NCBI GenBank assembly: GCA_026395685.1 | Contig: JAPLYG010000001.1 | Coordinates: 7,862-71,861, forward strand | DNA: 64,000 nucleotides | From: Candidatus Parcubacteria bacterium | Lineage (GTDB): Bacteria > Patescibacteriota > Patescibacteriia > CAIXNZ01 | Direction: 5' to 3' | Part shown: positions 1 through 9,871 of the stretch, in pieces | Position numbering within the stretch: position 1 is the first letter of the stretch | Layout: each line of letters begins with the position of its first letter | Notes under the pieces: model-generated | Told to the model about the DNA's origin: nothing | What the model saw: only the letters and a program-made list of their open reading frames with translations | The model's database searches: none | Position numbers and translations under genes: made by a program

Positions 1-19
1 AATTCTATCCCAAAAAGAG

Positions 20-667
20 TTGGGTTTTATTAATGAGTATTTAAGAAGAGAAAATATTAATAAGATTTTAGATGTCGGTGTCGGCAACGGCAGAATCTTA
101 AAAAATTTAATTGCTCATTCGGATCAGGCTGCTGAAATTTATGGCATTGATATTGCGGAGCAAATGGTTAATATTTGTTTAAATAAATATAAAGACGAAC
201 CAAAAATTAGGGAAATTAAAGTCTGCAATTTATCGAAAGAAAATTTAAATTTTAATAATAAGTTTGATTTTATTACTGCAATTAGGGTGCTTAAGTATAA
301 CCTGAATTGGCCGGAAATAATCAAAAAGATATATTCAGGATTGAATAATGACGGATATTTTATCTTCACTATGCCCAACGAGCTATCTATTACTTTTTTT
401 CACAAAGATAAATTTGCTAATGGTAAATTAATGATTCAATATTCAACTCCCAATAAAATAAAAGAAATTCTCAATGATTGCGGTTTTGAGAATATTAAGA
501 TTAAAAGTTTTAGCAAGCTGCCTGATTTTCTGTATTATCTTAGCAATAATATGTATTACGTTAAATTGCTATTGTTATTGGAAAATATTTTAAGCAAAAC
601 TTTCGGCAATATTTTATTCGGCAGAATTTTATTTATTGCCTGCCAGAAGAATAAAAATGAGGAATAA
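20..667 (+). CDS. Class I SAM-dependent methyltransferase (possibly 5'-partial; frame open to window start)
   Basis: Motif I-like 'LDVGVGNGR', followed by acidic motif II 'YGIDIAEQM' and 'FDFITAIRVL'. Typical Methyltransf_11/12 layout. Confidence 0.6.
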   Translation: MGFINEYLRRENINKILDVGVGNGRILKNLIAHSDQAAEIYGIDIAEQMVNICLNKYKDEPKIREIKVCNLSKENLNFNNKFDFITAIRVLKYNLNWPEIIKKIYSGLNNDGYFIFTMPNELSITFFHKDKFANGKLMIQYSTPNKIKEILNDCGFENIKIKSFSKLPDFLYYLSNNMYYVKLLLLLENILSKTFGNILFGRILFIACQKNKNEE

Positions 668-3600
668 AATAAAAAAATTCAAGAAAAGCAGATTTTTCAA
701 ATTTATCGCGCGCCATAAATACCCGATACTTTTAATTTTGCTCGCTATTATTACCCATTGGCAGTGGTTTGATCCAAACAGTTTGCTTTTTCACGGCGAT
801 TGGCGCAACTGGCCCAATGAAAACATCCAAAGGTTTATTAGCGGCGGCTATGGAGCTTATGTTGATGACCTGAATTTTGGCATCCAAAACATCCAGATTT
901 ATTTTAGTTTTATTTTCTTTCTTTGGGGAATAATTGGATCTTATTTGATGGCCACAAAATTAGTTATGCTTTTGCCCATCGCCCTTCTCTCTCTTTTAGC
1001 CCCTTATTATTTGGTTAAGGAATTGGTTAAAGATGAAAGAATTGCTTTTGTGGCTGCGCTTTTTTATGGCTTTACCACAGTATTACTCAAGCTGGAATTA
1101 GCCCATTTGTTTATCGCTTTTGTCTTTGCCTTAGCACCCTTGATAATTTTATCTTTCATAAAATTATTAAATAACTTCACCTGTAAAAATATCCTTGCCT
1201 TTTCCCTGTTATTTTCCCTGGGATGTTTTTATGAATTAAGAATAATGTACATCATAACTTTTATTATATTTTTCTACCTCCTCATTTATATAACAAAGAA
1301 AAAATTCAAGGTGAATTTTTTCAAATATATCCTTTTAGCCCTTGTAATATTGGCGCTAAATGCCTTCTGGCTACTGCCGACTGTTTTTAGCGACCGTACA
1401 GTATTAAATTCTATTGAAGACCGCGGACTTTTTGGCAATAATTTTTTTAATATTTTTTACGCTTTCAGCGATTTTGACAAATACTGGAACGGCCAGGTAT
1501 TAATTCCCTTTGAAGCCCAGCCTATTCCTTCTTGGACATGGATAATGCCGATCTTTATCTTCTCCTTATTTTTCTTTTTTAATAAAATCTCCAAAACCGA
1601 CAAAAAAATAATTTTATTCTCATTCTTTCTAGCTTTATTGGGCATACTTTTAAGCAAACAATCTTTTGAACCTTGGCCCGATTTGTATGCTTGGCTTTAT
1701 AAAAATTTTCCCGGCTTCAGCCTTTTCAGGGAAGCTTCAAAATTTTTTCTCATTATTACGCTAGGCTATTTGTTGTTATTTGCCTACGCCTTGAAATATA
1801 TAATCATTAAAAATAAAAGATTTAACAAACATTTTAAGTCCGCTATATTTATTCTTTTTAGTATAATCTTTTTATGGCAAGCTAAGCCGCTGATAACAGG
1901 AGAAGTAGGCTGGCTGTTTTCTCCCAAAATAGAGCCAGGGGAATATAAAATTTTAAATCAGATAATAAAATCCGGCAATGATTTTTATCGCACGCTGTGG
2001 ATTCCCCGCGATTCCCAATGGGGCTTTTATAACTGGGACAAGCCCAAAGTCTCCTTGGTATCTGTTAAGGATAGCGAATACAAAACATTTTACTCAGAGC
2101 ATAAAGCGGAAAAAAATTACGCTGATTTTATATTTGAACCCTTAGAAAAAAACTATGGTAATTATTTGGCCGATCTTTCAAATATTAAATATTTCGTTAT
2201 ACCTATGCCTGATTGGCAGAGTGACGTATATGAATATTATGGCAGCGCTTATCAGGATTATATTGATAAAATTAAAAATCTGGATTTTTTAACAGAGTTA
2301 AAAATAGACGGCCTGGATAAAATTAAATTATATGAAAACAAGGGGTACAAACCCTATATTTTTGCTTTTGACAGCCTTTTTGCCGTTAGCGCAAATCAAA
2401 ATTTAGAAAAAAAGTTTAATTTGATTAATAATTATTTAAATAAAGATTTTAATTTTACGCTCCTCAGCAATGGTGATAAAGAAATAGAAAACTTAACTGG
2501 GCTGGAAAATTTATTTGAAAATATTAATTTTGGAAATATCAAGCTGGATGAACTTATATTTACCGCAGATAGCTCAATTAATCAAAAAAACAATTTCCTT
2601 TTGACCAATAAATTTAAAAATAATCTATATGCCAAAAAGGAAAACTCTATTATATTATTTTATACTAAGCCTTCGGGCAGTTTGAATTTTAACGGCCGGC
2701 TAATTAGCCAGGAACAAACAAATATCCTGGAGCAAATTAAAGTTGAAGATGCTATTGAATATTATGTATCTCAAAATAGCAATTTAACTCCTTTAATCCC
2801 AAATGTGGAAATTTCTCTCGGCCAATTTGACAGGACAGCATCTCTAACACTATTTTCAGAAACTAAGCAAAATTTAATAGTCAATCCTTCGTTTGAACAG
2901 GGGCTTTGGCAGGACAAAGCCAAGGATTGCCATAACTATGACAACAACCCCATTTTAAATATTAATCTCAATAACCAAGAAAAAACCCAGGGTAATTATT
3001 CTTTGCAGTTAGAAGCAACCAAGCACACTGCCTGCACTTCAACGCAATTTTCCGTTGAACCAGAAGCGGACTTTATTTTCAGTTTTGATTACAAAAACCT
3101 AAAAGGACAAAAAGTCGGTTATTATCTGGAATTTAACAATCCCCAAAAAACAATAATCAATGAGAGTTTCATTAATAATGAAAACGATTGGCAGGTCTAT
3201 AGAAAATGGATAACCACGCCCCAAAATGCCACTTCAGCTAAACTTTATCTTTATGCTTTTGAAAGCGATGAGATGAACAATAATATAAACCTATATGATA
3301 ATCTGCAATTTTTAAAAATTAATCAGCTTAAATCCTGGGAAATACAAGGCAATAGCAAAGAATATAATCGGGAGAATCTTATTTTAACAGAAGAAAAAAA
3401 TGTTTTTTCTTATTCGTCTAAAAATCTCAATTATCAAAATATTATAAAAAATTCGTCTTTTGAAGATGGTTTGTGGCAGAAAAAGGTCAAAGATTGCCAT
3501 AATTATGATGACAACCCAATTTTGGCTATGAGCCAAAATAATCAAGAAAAAACTGAAGGTGACTATTCTTTGCAATTAGAAGCTACCAGGCATGACGCCT

Positions 3601-4373
3601 GCTCTTCAGTAAACTTTCCGATAAAAGAAAATTCAACTTATTTTTTTAGCTTTGATTATCAAAGTCCCAATGCGGAAAGTGTCGGCTATTATTTAAGCTT
3701 TAACAGTCCGCAAAAAGACTATTTGAGCGATAAAATTAAATTAAATAATCAAGATTGGCAAAATTTTAATAAAATCATCACTACTCCTGAAGGAGCCACT
3801 CAGGCGAATTTGTACATTTATGCTTACGCCACAAATAATGGAAAAAATAATATTACGCGCTATGACCATTTCCAATTCATAGAAATTACTGATTTAACGG
3901 ACAAATACTATTTAATTAGCCTGCCAAAATTTAAGATTCAAGAGCCTAAAAAAATAGAATTTGAAAATATCGGCCCCATAAAAAAAGAAATTAATATAAA
4001 ATCGGCTTCAGCTCCCTTTTTTCTGGCGCTCAATGAAAGCTATAATCCTTATTGGCAACTAGAGTTTAATGGCCAAGAAAACCAAGGAATTTTAAATTCC
4101 TGGTGGCCTTTTGCCAAACCTCAAAAAATCTCTGAAAAAAATCATTACCGATTAGATTCTTTTTTAAATGCCTGGTATGTTGATATTTATAAGTTGTGCC
4201 GAAATAATCAGGCTTGCGCTAAAAATGCTGACGGCAGCTATGATATCAAAATGACAGTTGAATTTTGGCCGCAACGTTGGTTTTATCTGGGCGCTTTAAT
4301 ATCATTTGTCGTTTCTATTTCTATGATTTTGTTTTATATAATTTTCTATAAATTCATATGGCTGAAAAAATAA
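636..4373 (+). CDS. Giant polytopic membrane protein, GT-C-fold glycosyltransferase-like (YfhO/PMT/ArnT-like topology) with two tandem CBM4/9-like extracytoplasmic repeats and a C-terminal TM anchor
   Basis: About 12 predicted TM helices in the first ~420 aa. An internal ~190-aa tandem repeat ('NPSFEQGLWQDKAKDCHNYDNNPIL...YSLQLEATKH' versus 'NSSFEDGLWQKKVKDCHNYDDNPIL...YSLQLEATRH') is visible at DNA level at about 2881-3400 and 3450-3960. Hydrophobic C-terminus. The true start may be the internal Met at ~657. Confidence 0.45.
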   Translation: MPARRIKMRNKIKKFKKSRFFKFIARHKYPILLILLAIITHWQWFDPNSLLFHGDWRNWPNENIQRFISGGYGAYVDDLNFGIQNIQIYFSFIFFLWGIIGSYLMATKLVMLLPIALLSLLAPYYLVKELVKDERIAFVAALFYGFTTVLLKLELAHLFIAFVFALAPLIILSFIKLLNNFTCKNILAFSLLFSLGCFYELRIMYIITFIIFFYLLIYITKKKFKVNFFKYILLALVILALNAFWLLPTVFSDRTVLNSIEDRGLFGNNFFNIFYAFSDFDKYWNGQVLIPFEAQPIPSWTWIMPIFIFSLFFFFNKISKTDKKIILFSFFLALLGILLSKQSFEPWPDLYAWLYKNFPGFSLFREASKFFLIITLGYLLLFAYALKYIIIKNKRFNKHFKSAIFILFSIIFLWQAKPLITGEVGWLFSPKIEPGEYKILNQIIKSGNDFYRTLWIPRDSQWGFYNWDKPKVSLVSVKDSEYKTFYSEHKAEKNYADFIFEPLEKNYGNYLADLSNIKYFVIPMPDWQSDVYEYYGSAYQDYIDKIKNLDFLTELKIDGLDKIKLYENKGYKPYIFAFDSLFAVSANQNLEKKFNLINNYLNKDFNFTLLSNGDKEIENLTGLENLFENINFGNIKLDELIFTADSSINQKNNFLLTNKFKNNLYAKKENSIILFYTKPSGSLNFNGRLISQEQTNILEQIKVEDAIEYYVSQNSNLTPLIPNVEISLGQFDRTASLTLFSETKQNLIVNPSFEQGLWQDKAKDCHNYDNNPILNINLNNQEKTQGNYSLQLEATKHTACTSTQFSVEPEADFIFSFDYKNLKGQKVGYYLEFNNPQKTIINESFINNENDWQVYRKWITTPQNATSAKLYLYAFESDEMNNNINLYDNLQFLKINQLKSWEIQGNSKEYNRENLILTEEKNVFSYSSKNLNYQNIIKNSSFEDGLWQKKVKDCHNYDDNPILAMSQNNQEKTEGDYSLQLEATRHDACSSVNFPIKENSTYFFSFDYQSPNAESVGYYLSFNSPQKDYLSDKIKLNNQDWQNFNKIITTPEGATQANLYIYAYATNNGKNNITRYDHFQFIEITDLTDKYYLISLPKFKIQEPKKIEFENIGPIKKEINIKSASAPFFLALNESYNPYWQLEFNGQENQGILNSWWPFAKPQKISEKNHYRLDSFLNAWYVDIYKLCRNNQACAKNADGSYDIKMTVEFWPQRWFYLGALISFVVSISMILFYIIFYKFIWLKK

Positions 4374-4837
4374 TATACCGCAAGAAAATCAGTAAGATTT
4401 TTAAGCTTTTTAAAAAATTCAAGCCTAGGGTTGAAAAATATTGCCAGCTGGGATTAGATTGTTTGGTGAATACCTCAAGGGTTGTTTATTTGCAAGTAAA
4501 AAAAGAAAAGCTCTATGGATTTTTAATAATCATTGTTTTTATTATTATTTGGCTTCTGATAAACTTTGCGACTGCTTGTTTGGTAACATTATTTTTAGTC
4601 TTTCTTTGTTATAAGTGGGACAGAAGGATACTGTTAGCGCCAGCGCTGATTTTATTGATTAGCTGCCCTATTTTTTTGCATTTAAAACAGGATAATTATG
4701 CGATTCTAGCCGCAGTTTACGCTTATTATTTATTGCTGATGATTTTTACATTATTAGTTTTTGATTTCCGCGGTTATAATCTTTTTAATAAAATAAAAAA
4801 ATGGCTAAAAAAATTAAAAGCATCATTTTTTTCCTAG
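4358..4837 (+). CDS. Small integral membrane protein (hypothetical)
   Basis: 159-aa ORF with 3-4 hydrophobic helices, tightly packed between two membrane-protein genes. No recognisable motif. Confidence 0.3.
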   Translation: MAEKIIYRKKISKIFKLFKKFKPRVEKYCQLGLDCLVNTSRVVYLQVKKEKLYGFLIIIVFIIIWLLINFATACLVTLFLVFLCYKWDRRILLAPALILLISCPIFLHLKQDNYAILAAVYAYYLLLMIFTLLVFDFRGYNLFNKIKKWLKKLKASFFS

Positions 4838-6468
4838 GATTAACCATTATTATTCTTTGGCAAATGCTCAAGCCGGGCTACATCTTAACCTTGGATATGA
4901 TTTTTACGCCTCATTTTAGCAATTTTCTAACTAATAATAATATTTATAATACCTATCCCTTCTATTGTTTTTTGGCGCTGCTGGATTTAATTTTACCCTC
5001 TTGGATTTTACAAAAAATAATTTTATTGCTTTTGTTTTTGTGTATCAGTTATTTAGCTTTTAAATTTCTGCCCGTTCCTCAAAATTATCGCGCTAATTAT
5101 TGGGCGGCTTTGTTTTATACTGTTAATCCTTTTGTATATGAGAGATTTTTGGCCGGGCATTGGCAGCTTTTATTTGCTTATGCTTTTTTGCCGCCGTTAA
5201 TTTTCTATTTGCTGGAATTTGCCAAATTTCAAGATCGGCGACACTTAATCATAATTTTGTTCTGGATTTTTTTAATAGGCATGTTCTCTCTGCATTTTTG
5301 GGTAATTTCAATTCTGCTTATTTTAATTTTCTTAATTTTTCAGATTTTACATAGTTTAATCGCCAATAAAAAAGAGGCGGCTATGAGGTTGCTGCAATAT
5401 TGCTGCGCTTTAGGATTAGGCATTCTAATTTTAAGCAGCTATTGGCTGATTCCCTATTTAGTAAATAATCAAAAATCCATCCTTAACACTTTTACGCCGG
5501 AAAATATCCAATTATTTAAATCATCCGGAGATCCTCGTCTAGGCACAACTTTAAATGTCCTATCGCTTTACGGATTTTGGCAGGAAAATCAGCCCTGGGC
5601 CAATTATTGGCTCTGGCCAAAGGATAATTTTATTTTATGGTCAATCTTTAGCCTAAGTTTAAGTTTCCTAATTTTAACTGGCTTAATTAAAGGATTGCGC
5701 AACAAACGAAAGAGAGGCCTGGCTGTGTTTTTTTTTATTTTCGGCTTGCTGGCTTTTATTTTTTCAACCGGACTGGGCGAAACTATATTTAAGGGTTTAA
5801 ATAAGTGGTTATTCGCAAATATTTATTTTTGGCGGGGTTTTCGCGATACCAATAAATTCAGCGCCTTTTTAGTGATTAGCTATATTTTTTTTATTGGTTT
5901 GGGACTGGAAACAATTATAAAATTTTTAAAAGAAAGAAACTTCAAATTAACTAATTTTGTCTTAGCTCTCATTTTTCTCATCCCCCTTATTTATACATAC
6001 CCGATATTAGGAGGGTTTGCCAGACAATTACAGCCGATTTGGTATCCAAAGTCGTGGCTCCAAATTAATCAAATTTTGAATCAGGATAAAAGTGATTATA
6101 AAGTGCTTTTTTTGCCTTGGCACCAGTATTTTTCCCTTAGATTTAATAACACGTTAATTACTGCCAGCCCAGCTAAACTATATTTTGATAAAAAAGTTAT
6201 TCAGAGCCAAAATATGGAATTGGATTCAATTATTACCCCAATAGGCGCATCAGAATATCAGAAGGTTGAAAATATGATAATTAATGAAAATCAATTTGCT
6301 GAAAATAAAATAATTGAGACTTTACAATTAGAAAATATCAAATATATTATCTGGGCCAGAGATTTAGAAGGCCAGGATATTTTTCAGTATAATTTTTTAC
6401 AATCAAATCATCTGTGGAATACTTTTAATTCACTGGAAATAAATCTTTATCAAATTCAGGGAAATTAA
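4801..6468 (+). CDS. Polytopic membrane protein, paralog of the N-terminal GT-C-like domain of the upstream giant protein
   Basis: More than 12 hydrophobic helices. The 'YWLIPYLVNNQKS' segment resembles 'FWLLPTVFSDRT' of ORF 636-4373, and the periplasmic Trp/Tyr-rich tail is similar. Confidence 0.45.
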   Translation: MAKKIKSIIFFLGLTIIILWQMLKPGYILTLDMIFTPHFSNFLTNNNIYNTYPFYCFLALLDLILPSWILQKIILLLLFLCISYLAFKFLPVPQNYRANYWAALFYTVNPFVYERFLAGHWQLLFAYAFLPPLIFYLLEFAKFQDRRHLIIILFWIFLIGMFSLHFWVISILLILIFLIFQILHSLIANKKEAAMRLLQYCCALGLGILILSSYWLIPYLVNNQKSILNTFTPENIQLFKSSGDPRLGTTLNVLSLYGFWQENQPWANYWLWPKDNFILWSIFSLSLSFLILTGLIKGLRNKRKRGLAVFFFIFGLLAFIFSTGLGETIFKGLNKWLFANIYFWRGFRDTNKFSAFLVISYIFFIGLGLETIIKFLKERNFKLTNFVLALIFLIPLIYTYPILGGFARQLQPIWYPKSWLQINQILNQDKSDYKVLFLPWHQYFSLRFNNTLITASPAKLYFDKKVIQSQNMELDSIITPIGASEYQKVENMIINENQFAENKIIETLQLENIKYIIWARDLEGQDIFQYNFLQSNHLWNTFNSLEINLYQIQGN

Positions 6469-6639
6469 TCTTTTTACTCTTATTTTATTAAAAAAAGATT
6501 AAATTAAGATAAATTAAAAATTAAGCAAATATTAGCCAAAATTCATTGATCTTTTGTTTAAAAATTGGTACAATTATACTAATATTAAGGTTTTAAAAAT
6601 AAAACTTAAAATATCTACCTAAAAACTAATTTATCGCTT

Positions 6640-7254
6640 ATGAAACTGAAATTAATACGCAAAATAACACTGCCTATTTTGATTGTCAGCTTAATTATTT
6701 TTTCAACTGGTCTTTTAGGCCATGGCATTTTTTGGGGCATTAAAACCGCCTTTGGCTATGGCGGGGGCGGCGGAGGCTATTACCCGCCTGTTAATACAAA
6801 TACAAACACTAATGTTAATGCCAATACTAACATTAATCAACCAATTCAGGTACTTGCCCCAACTATTGATGCTTTTAGCAGTCCGACCGGCAATTCAATT
6901 TTAGTCTTACATGGAGGACGCGATGCCAATACCATTGTTTTTATTAATAATTCAGACAATTCTGTTTCCTATCCTACGGCCACAACTTGGCAAGCGACTG
7001 TTTCTTTGGAAATAGGCCTGAATTTTTTTACTTTAACTGCCAAGAATTCAATCGGCACGAGCAGCGGAGCGGTGGCGATTTTTGTCACTCGCACTGGCTC
7101 TGCTGATATAACTGGCGATAACATAACTGACGATCTTGATTTGGCGAAATTAGTTTCTAATTGGAACAAAAATTGGTCCGATGGCGATTATAATAAAGAT
7201 GGGATAATCGATGATCTTGATTTGGCCTATCTTGTAAGCCATTGGAGTATTTAA
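6640..7254 (+). CDS. Secreted/anchored protein with Gly-rich and (NT)n low-complexity linker and a C-terminal type-I dockerin module
   Basis: N-terminal hydrophobic segment. 'GYGGGGGGYYPP' and 'NTNTNTNVNANTN'. Two 22-aa Ca-binding dockerin repeats: 'DITGDNITDDLDLAKLVSNW' and 'DYNKDGIIDDLDLAYLVSHW'. Confidence 0.55.
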   Translation: MKLKLIRKITLPILIVSLIIFSTGLLGHGIFWGIKTAFGYGGGGGGYYPPVNTNTNTNVNANTNINQPIQVLAPTIDAFSSPTGNSILVLHGGRDANTIVFINNSDNSVSYPTATTWQATVSLEIGLNFFTLTAKNSIGTSSGAVAIFVTRTGSADITGDNITDDLDLAKLVSNWNKNWSDGDYNKDGIIDDLDLAYLVSHWSI

Positions 7255-7291
7255 AAAATTATTATTAATTTTTAAAATAACTGCAAAAATT

Positions 7292-8518
7292 ATGAAAAAA
7301 ATATTCATTGTTTTATTAATATCCTTGGTTCTAACTTTAATTTCCTTGCCTGCCTTAGCTGCCTCAGCCACGCTATCTTTAACGTCAAGTAAAACTACTT
7401 ATAAAGTTGGTGATGTTCTTAAAGTCTCTATTAATATCAATAGCGATGGTAATGCGCTTCAGGTAGTCAGGGCAAAGGTTTCTTACCCGGCTGATTTATT
7501 GCAAGCGCAGGGATTTACTTTGGGTTCGCTTTTTCCCCAAAAAAGTCCCGGTGAAATTATTGGTGGTGGCACCCTTTATGTCGGCGGTTATCGCATAGGC
7601 GAGGGTACAAGTTCAAATGGCGTCTTGGGCACAGCTACCTTTAAGGTCATAAAAGCCGGAAAAGCCGCCTTGTCTTTAGTCGCCGGTTCAAGAATGGTTA
7701 CTGCCGAACCAAAAGATATTTATAGCGGAGGCAATAGTTTGGCTTTCACTTTAAATACAGTTGAAAAGCCAAAAGAAGAAATAAATCCAGCTAAGCCGCA
7801 GGAAAAAATAATTTTAACTGCGCCGGAAATTTCCTCAGCTGCTAATCCTGAAGATGCCTGGTCAAAATCAAATTCAATAACTTTGAACTGGACCAAGCCA
7901 GCTAATGCGCTTGGTTATGTGACAAAATTATCAGCTGATACCTTGGAAGATATTGGTGAAACAATTACAACTAAAGATAATACTGCAACATACAATAATG
8001 TTGGAGACGGGATTTGGATTTTTTATCTGAAGGCTAAATATCAGACAGGCTTTAGCGAATTAGCCAATTATACTTTAAAAATTGACACAATTCCGCCAGT
8101 GGTTCCGCAACCCTCGATTGAAGCCCAGTTAAACCAAAATAATGCCAATACCTATCAAATTTTATTTAATACCACGGATGCTTTAGCAGGCATTGATCAT
8201 TATCAGATAAAATTTGACGATAGTGAGTTTAAAAATGCTAATAGCCCTTATATCTTAAATAGTAACGAAAAAGAAGCAAAGTTTGTCACTGTTAAAGCAG
8301 TTGACAAAGCAGGCAATGAAAGCACTGGCGTGTTAGCAATTAGCGATTATATCGCTAGTCAGGATAAAATAGCATTACAAAAAACAACATTGTTTGATAT
8401 TCAGGCTAATGCAGTTAAACAATCTCAATTAACTTTTTATATTGTTTTGGCTGCAATTATTGCCATTATCACGATTGTAATAATTGCCATTATTGTTAGG
8501 AATCGTAAAAAATCTTAA
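7292..8518 (+). CDS. Cell-surface protein with N-terminal cohesin-like domain, Ig/FN3-like middle region and C-terminal TM anchor
   Basis: Signal peptide 'MKKIFIVLLISLVLTLISLPALA'. The segment 'TTYKVGDVLKVSININSDGNALQVVRAKVSYPADLLQAQGF' fits the cohesin beta-sandwich signature. C-terminal 'IVLAAIIAIITIVIIAIIV' followed by 'RNRKKS'. Confidence 0.5.
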   Translation: MKKIFIVLLISLVLTLISLPALAASATLSLTSSKTTYKVGDVLKVSININSDGNALQVVRAKVSYPADLLQAQGFTLGSLFPQKSPGEIIGGGTLYVGGYRIGEGTSSNGVLGTATFKVIKAGKAALSLVAGSRMVTAEPKDIYSGGNSLAFTLNTVEKPKEEINPAKPQEKIILTAPEISSAANPEDAWSKSNSITLNWTKPANALGYVTKLSADTLEDIGETITTKDNTATYNNVGDGIWIFYLKAKYQTGFSELANYTLKIDTIPPVVPQPSIEAQLNQNNANTYQILFNTTDALAGIDHYQIKFDDSEFKNANSPYILNSNEKEAKFVTVKAVDKAGNESTGVLAISDYIASQDKIALQKTTLFDIQANAVKQSQLTFYIVLAAIIAIITIVIIAIIVRNRKKS

Positions 8519-8544
8519 TAAAATCATTTTTCTTAAGTTATCAT

Positions 8545-9435
8545 ATGACCGCCAAAGACTGGCAGAAAATTTTTTTAGTTATTATATTTATCAATGTATA
8601 TTTATTTTGGCCCAAAAATAATATTCTGGCGCAAAATTTGAATAAGATTGAAATCACAGCGCTGGAGCAATTTCAGACAATCGCGCCAGGCGAAAGCCTA
8701 CCCATAAATATTAAACTGCTAAATATGGGCGGCAGCGGACGCGTTGATGTGCAATTGGCTTACAGAGTTTTGGATGTAGCTAATAATCTAATCTCTGAAG
8801 AATCAGAAACAGTTGCCGTTGAAACTACTGCCAGTTTTATCAAGCAGGTAAAAATACCTTCAAATATAAAGCCGGGGCGCTATTTTCTCTTGGCTGATTT
8901 AAAATATGCGGATCAGGAAGTACCCGCTATTGCCAAAATCCCTTTTCAGGTAGAGTTTAAATTCTTGGGCTTATTTCTGAATCAATTGGCAATTTTAGGC
9001 GCTATAATATCAGTGGGAATAATTTTAGTATGGCTGCTTATTTATTTTATTAACAGGCCACGTAAAATTATAATCTCCAGATTTGATTATAAAAAAGTTC
9101 CCGTAAATTTAAAACCCTATTATGAATTAATCAGCGACATTATCCTGACTATGCAGCTGCATCTGGGCGATAAGGCTGTTAAGATAGCCAATAAAATTAT
9201 GGGGTTAAGAATCTCTGATCAGGGCGAAGTTTTGGAAATCAAAAAAGAGCCGGCGGAAATCGTCACTTTGCTGACTGTCGCCTTTCAAAAAAATCTTAAT
9301 TACCAAAGCCTGTATATTTCCCAAAAAGCCATTAGCCAAAGGTTGAAAATCAGCCCTTCGGCGCAAGACAAGGCTGAATACAAAAAAACAGCTGATTTGG
9401 TAAGCAATGTGGCTAAATTTTTTATAAAAAAATAA
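8545..9435 (+). CDS. Membrane protein, hypothetical (N-terminal signal/TM and central TM)
   Basis: Hydrophobic N-terminus and central helix 'LAILGAIISVGIILVWLLIYFI'. No recognisable catalytic motif. Confidence 0.35.
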   Translation: MTAKDWQKIFLVIIFINVYLFWPKNNILAQNLNKIEITALEQFQTIAPGESLPINIKLLNMGGSGRVDVQLAYRVLDVANNLISEESETVAVETTASFIKQVKIPSNIKPGRYFLLADLKYADQEVPAIAKIPFQVEFKFLGLFLNQLAILGAIISVGIILVWLLIYFINRPRKIIISRFDYKKVPVNLKPYYELISDIILTMQLHLGDKAVKIANKIMGLRISDQGEVLEIKKEPAEIVTLLTVAFQKNLNYQSLYISQKAISQRLKISPSAQDKAEYKKTADLVSNVAKFFIKK

Positions 9436-9459
9436 TTTAATGATTTTAAATATAAACTT

Positions 9460-9846
9460 ATGTCTAAAATTTTAGCAGTTGACAATGACTTAAACACTTT
9501 GGAGACGATTTGTTTAAGCCTGGAAGCAGGGGGACATAAAGCAAGCAAAGCTGAAAGCGGCGAACAAGCCTTGAAAGTTTTGAAGCAAAATAAAATCGAT
9601 TTAATTTTGCTTGATATTATGATGCCGAAAGTTGACGGCATCCAGGTCGCCAAAAATTTAGCGGCTGATTCTGCATTTAAAAAAATACCCATCATTTTAA
9701 TTTCCGCTCTGCCGATTGAATCAAACAGTTTTAAAAAAGCCCTGAAAGAAACTGAAAAGCTTGACAATGTCAAAGGCTCGATTGAAAAACCGTTCAAGCT
9801 GGAAGATTTGCTGGCGAAAATAGATGTAGTTTTAAAAGGCGTTTAA
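9460..9846 (+). CDS. Single-domain response regulator (CheY-like receiver)
   Basis: 'ILAVDND', 'LLDIMMPKVDGIQV' and a conserved Lys region 'IILISA'. No output domain. Confidence 0.8.
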   Translation: MSKILAVDNDLNTLETICLSLEAGGHKASKAESGEQALKVLKQNKIDLILLDIMMPKVDGIQVAKNLAADSAFKKIPIILISALPIESNSFKKALKETEKLDNVKGSIEKPFKLEDLLAKIDVVLKGV

Positions 9847-9871
9847 ATACGTTGGAATTTTTTAAAAAAAT

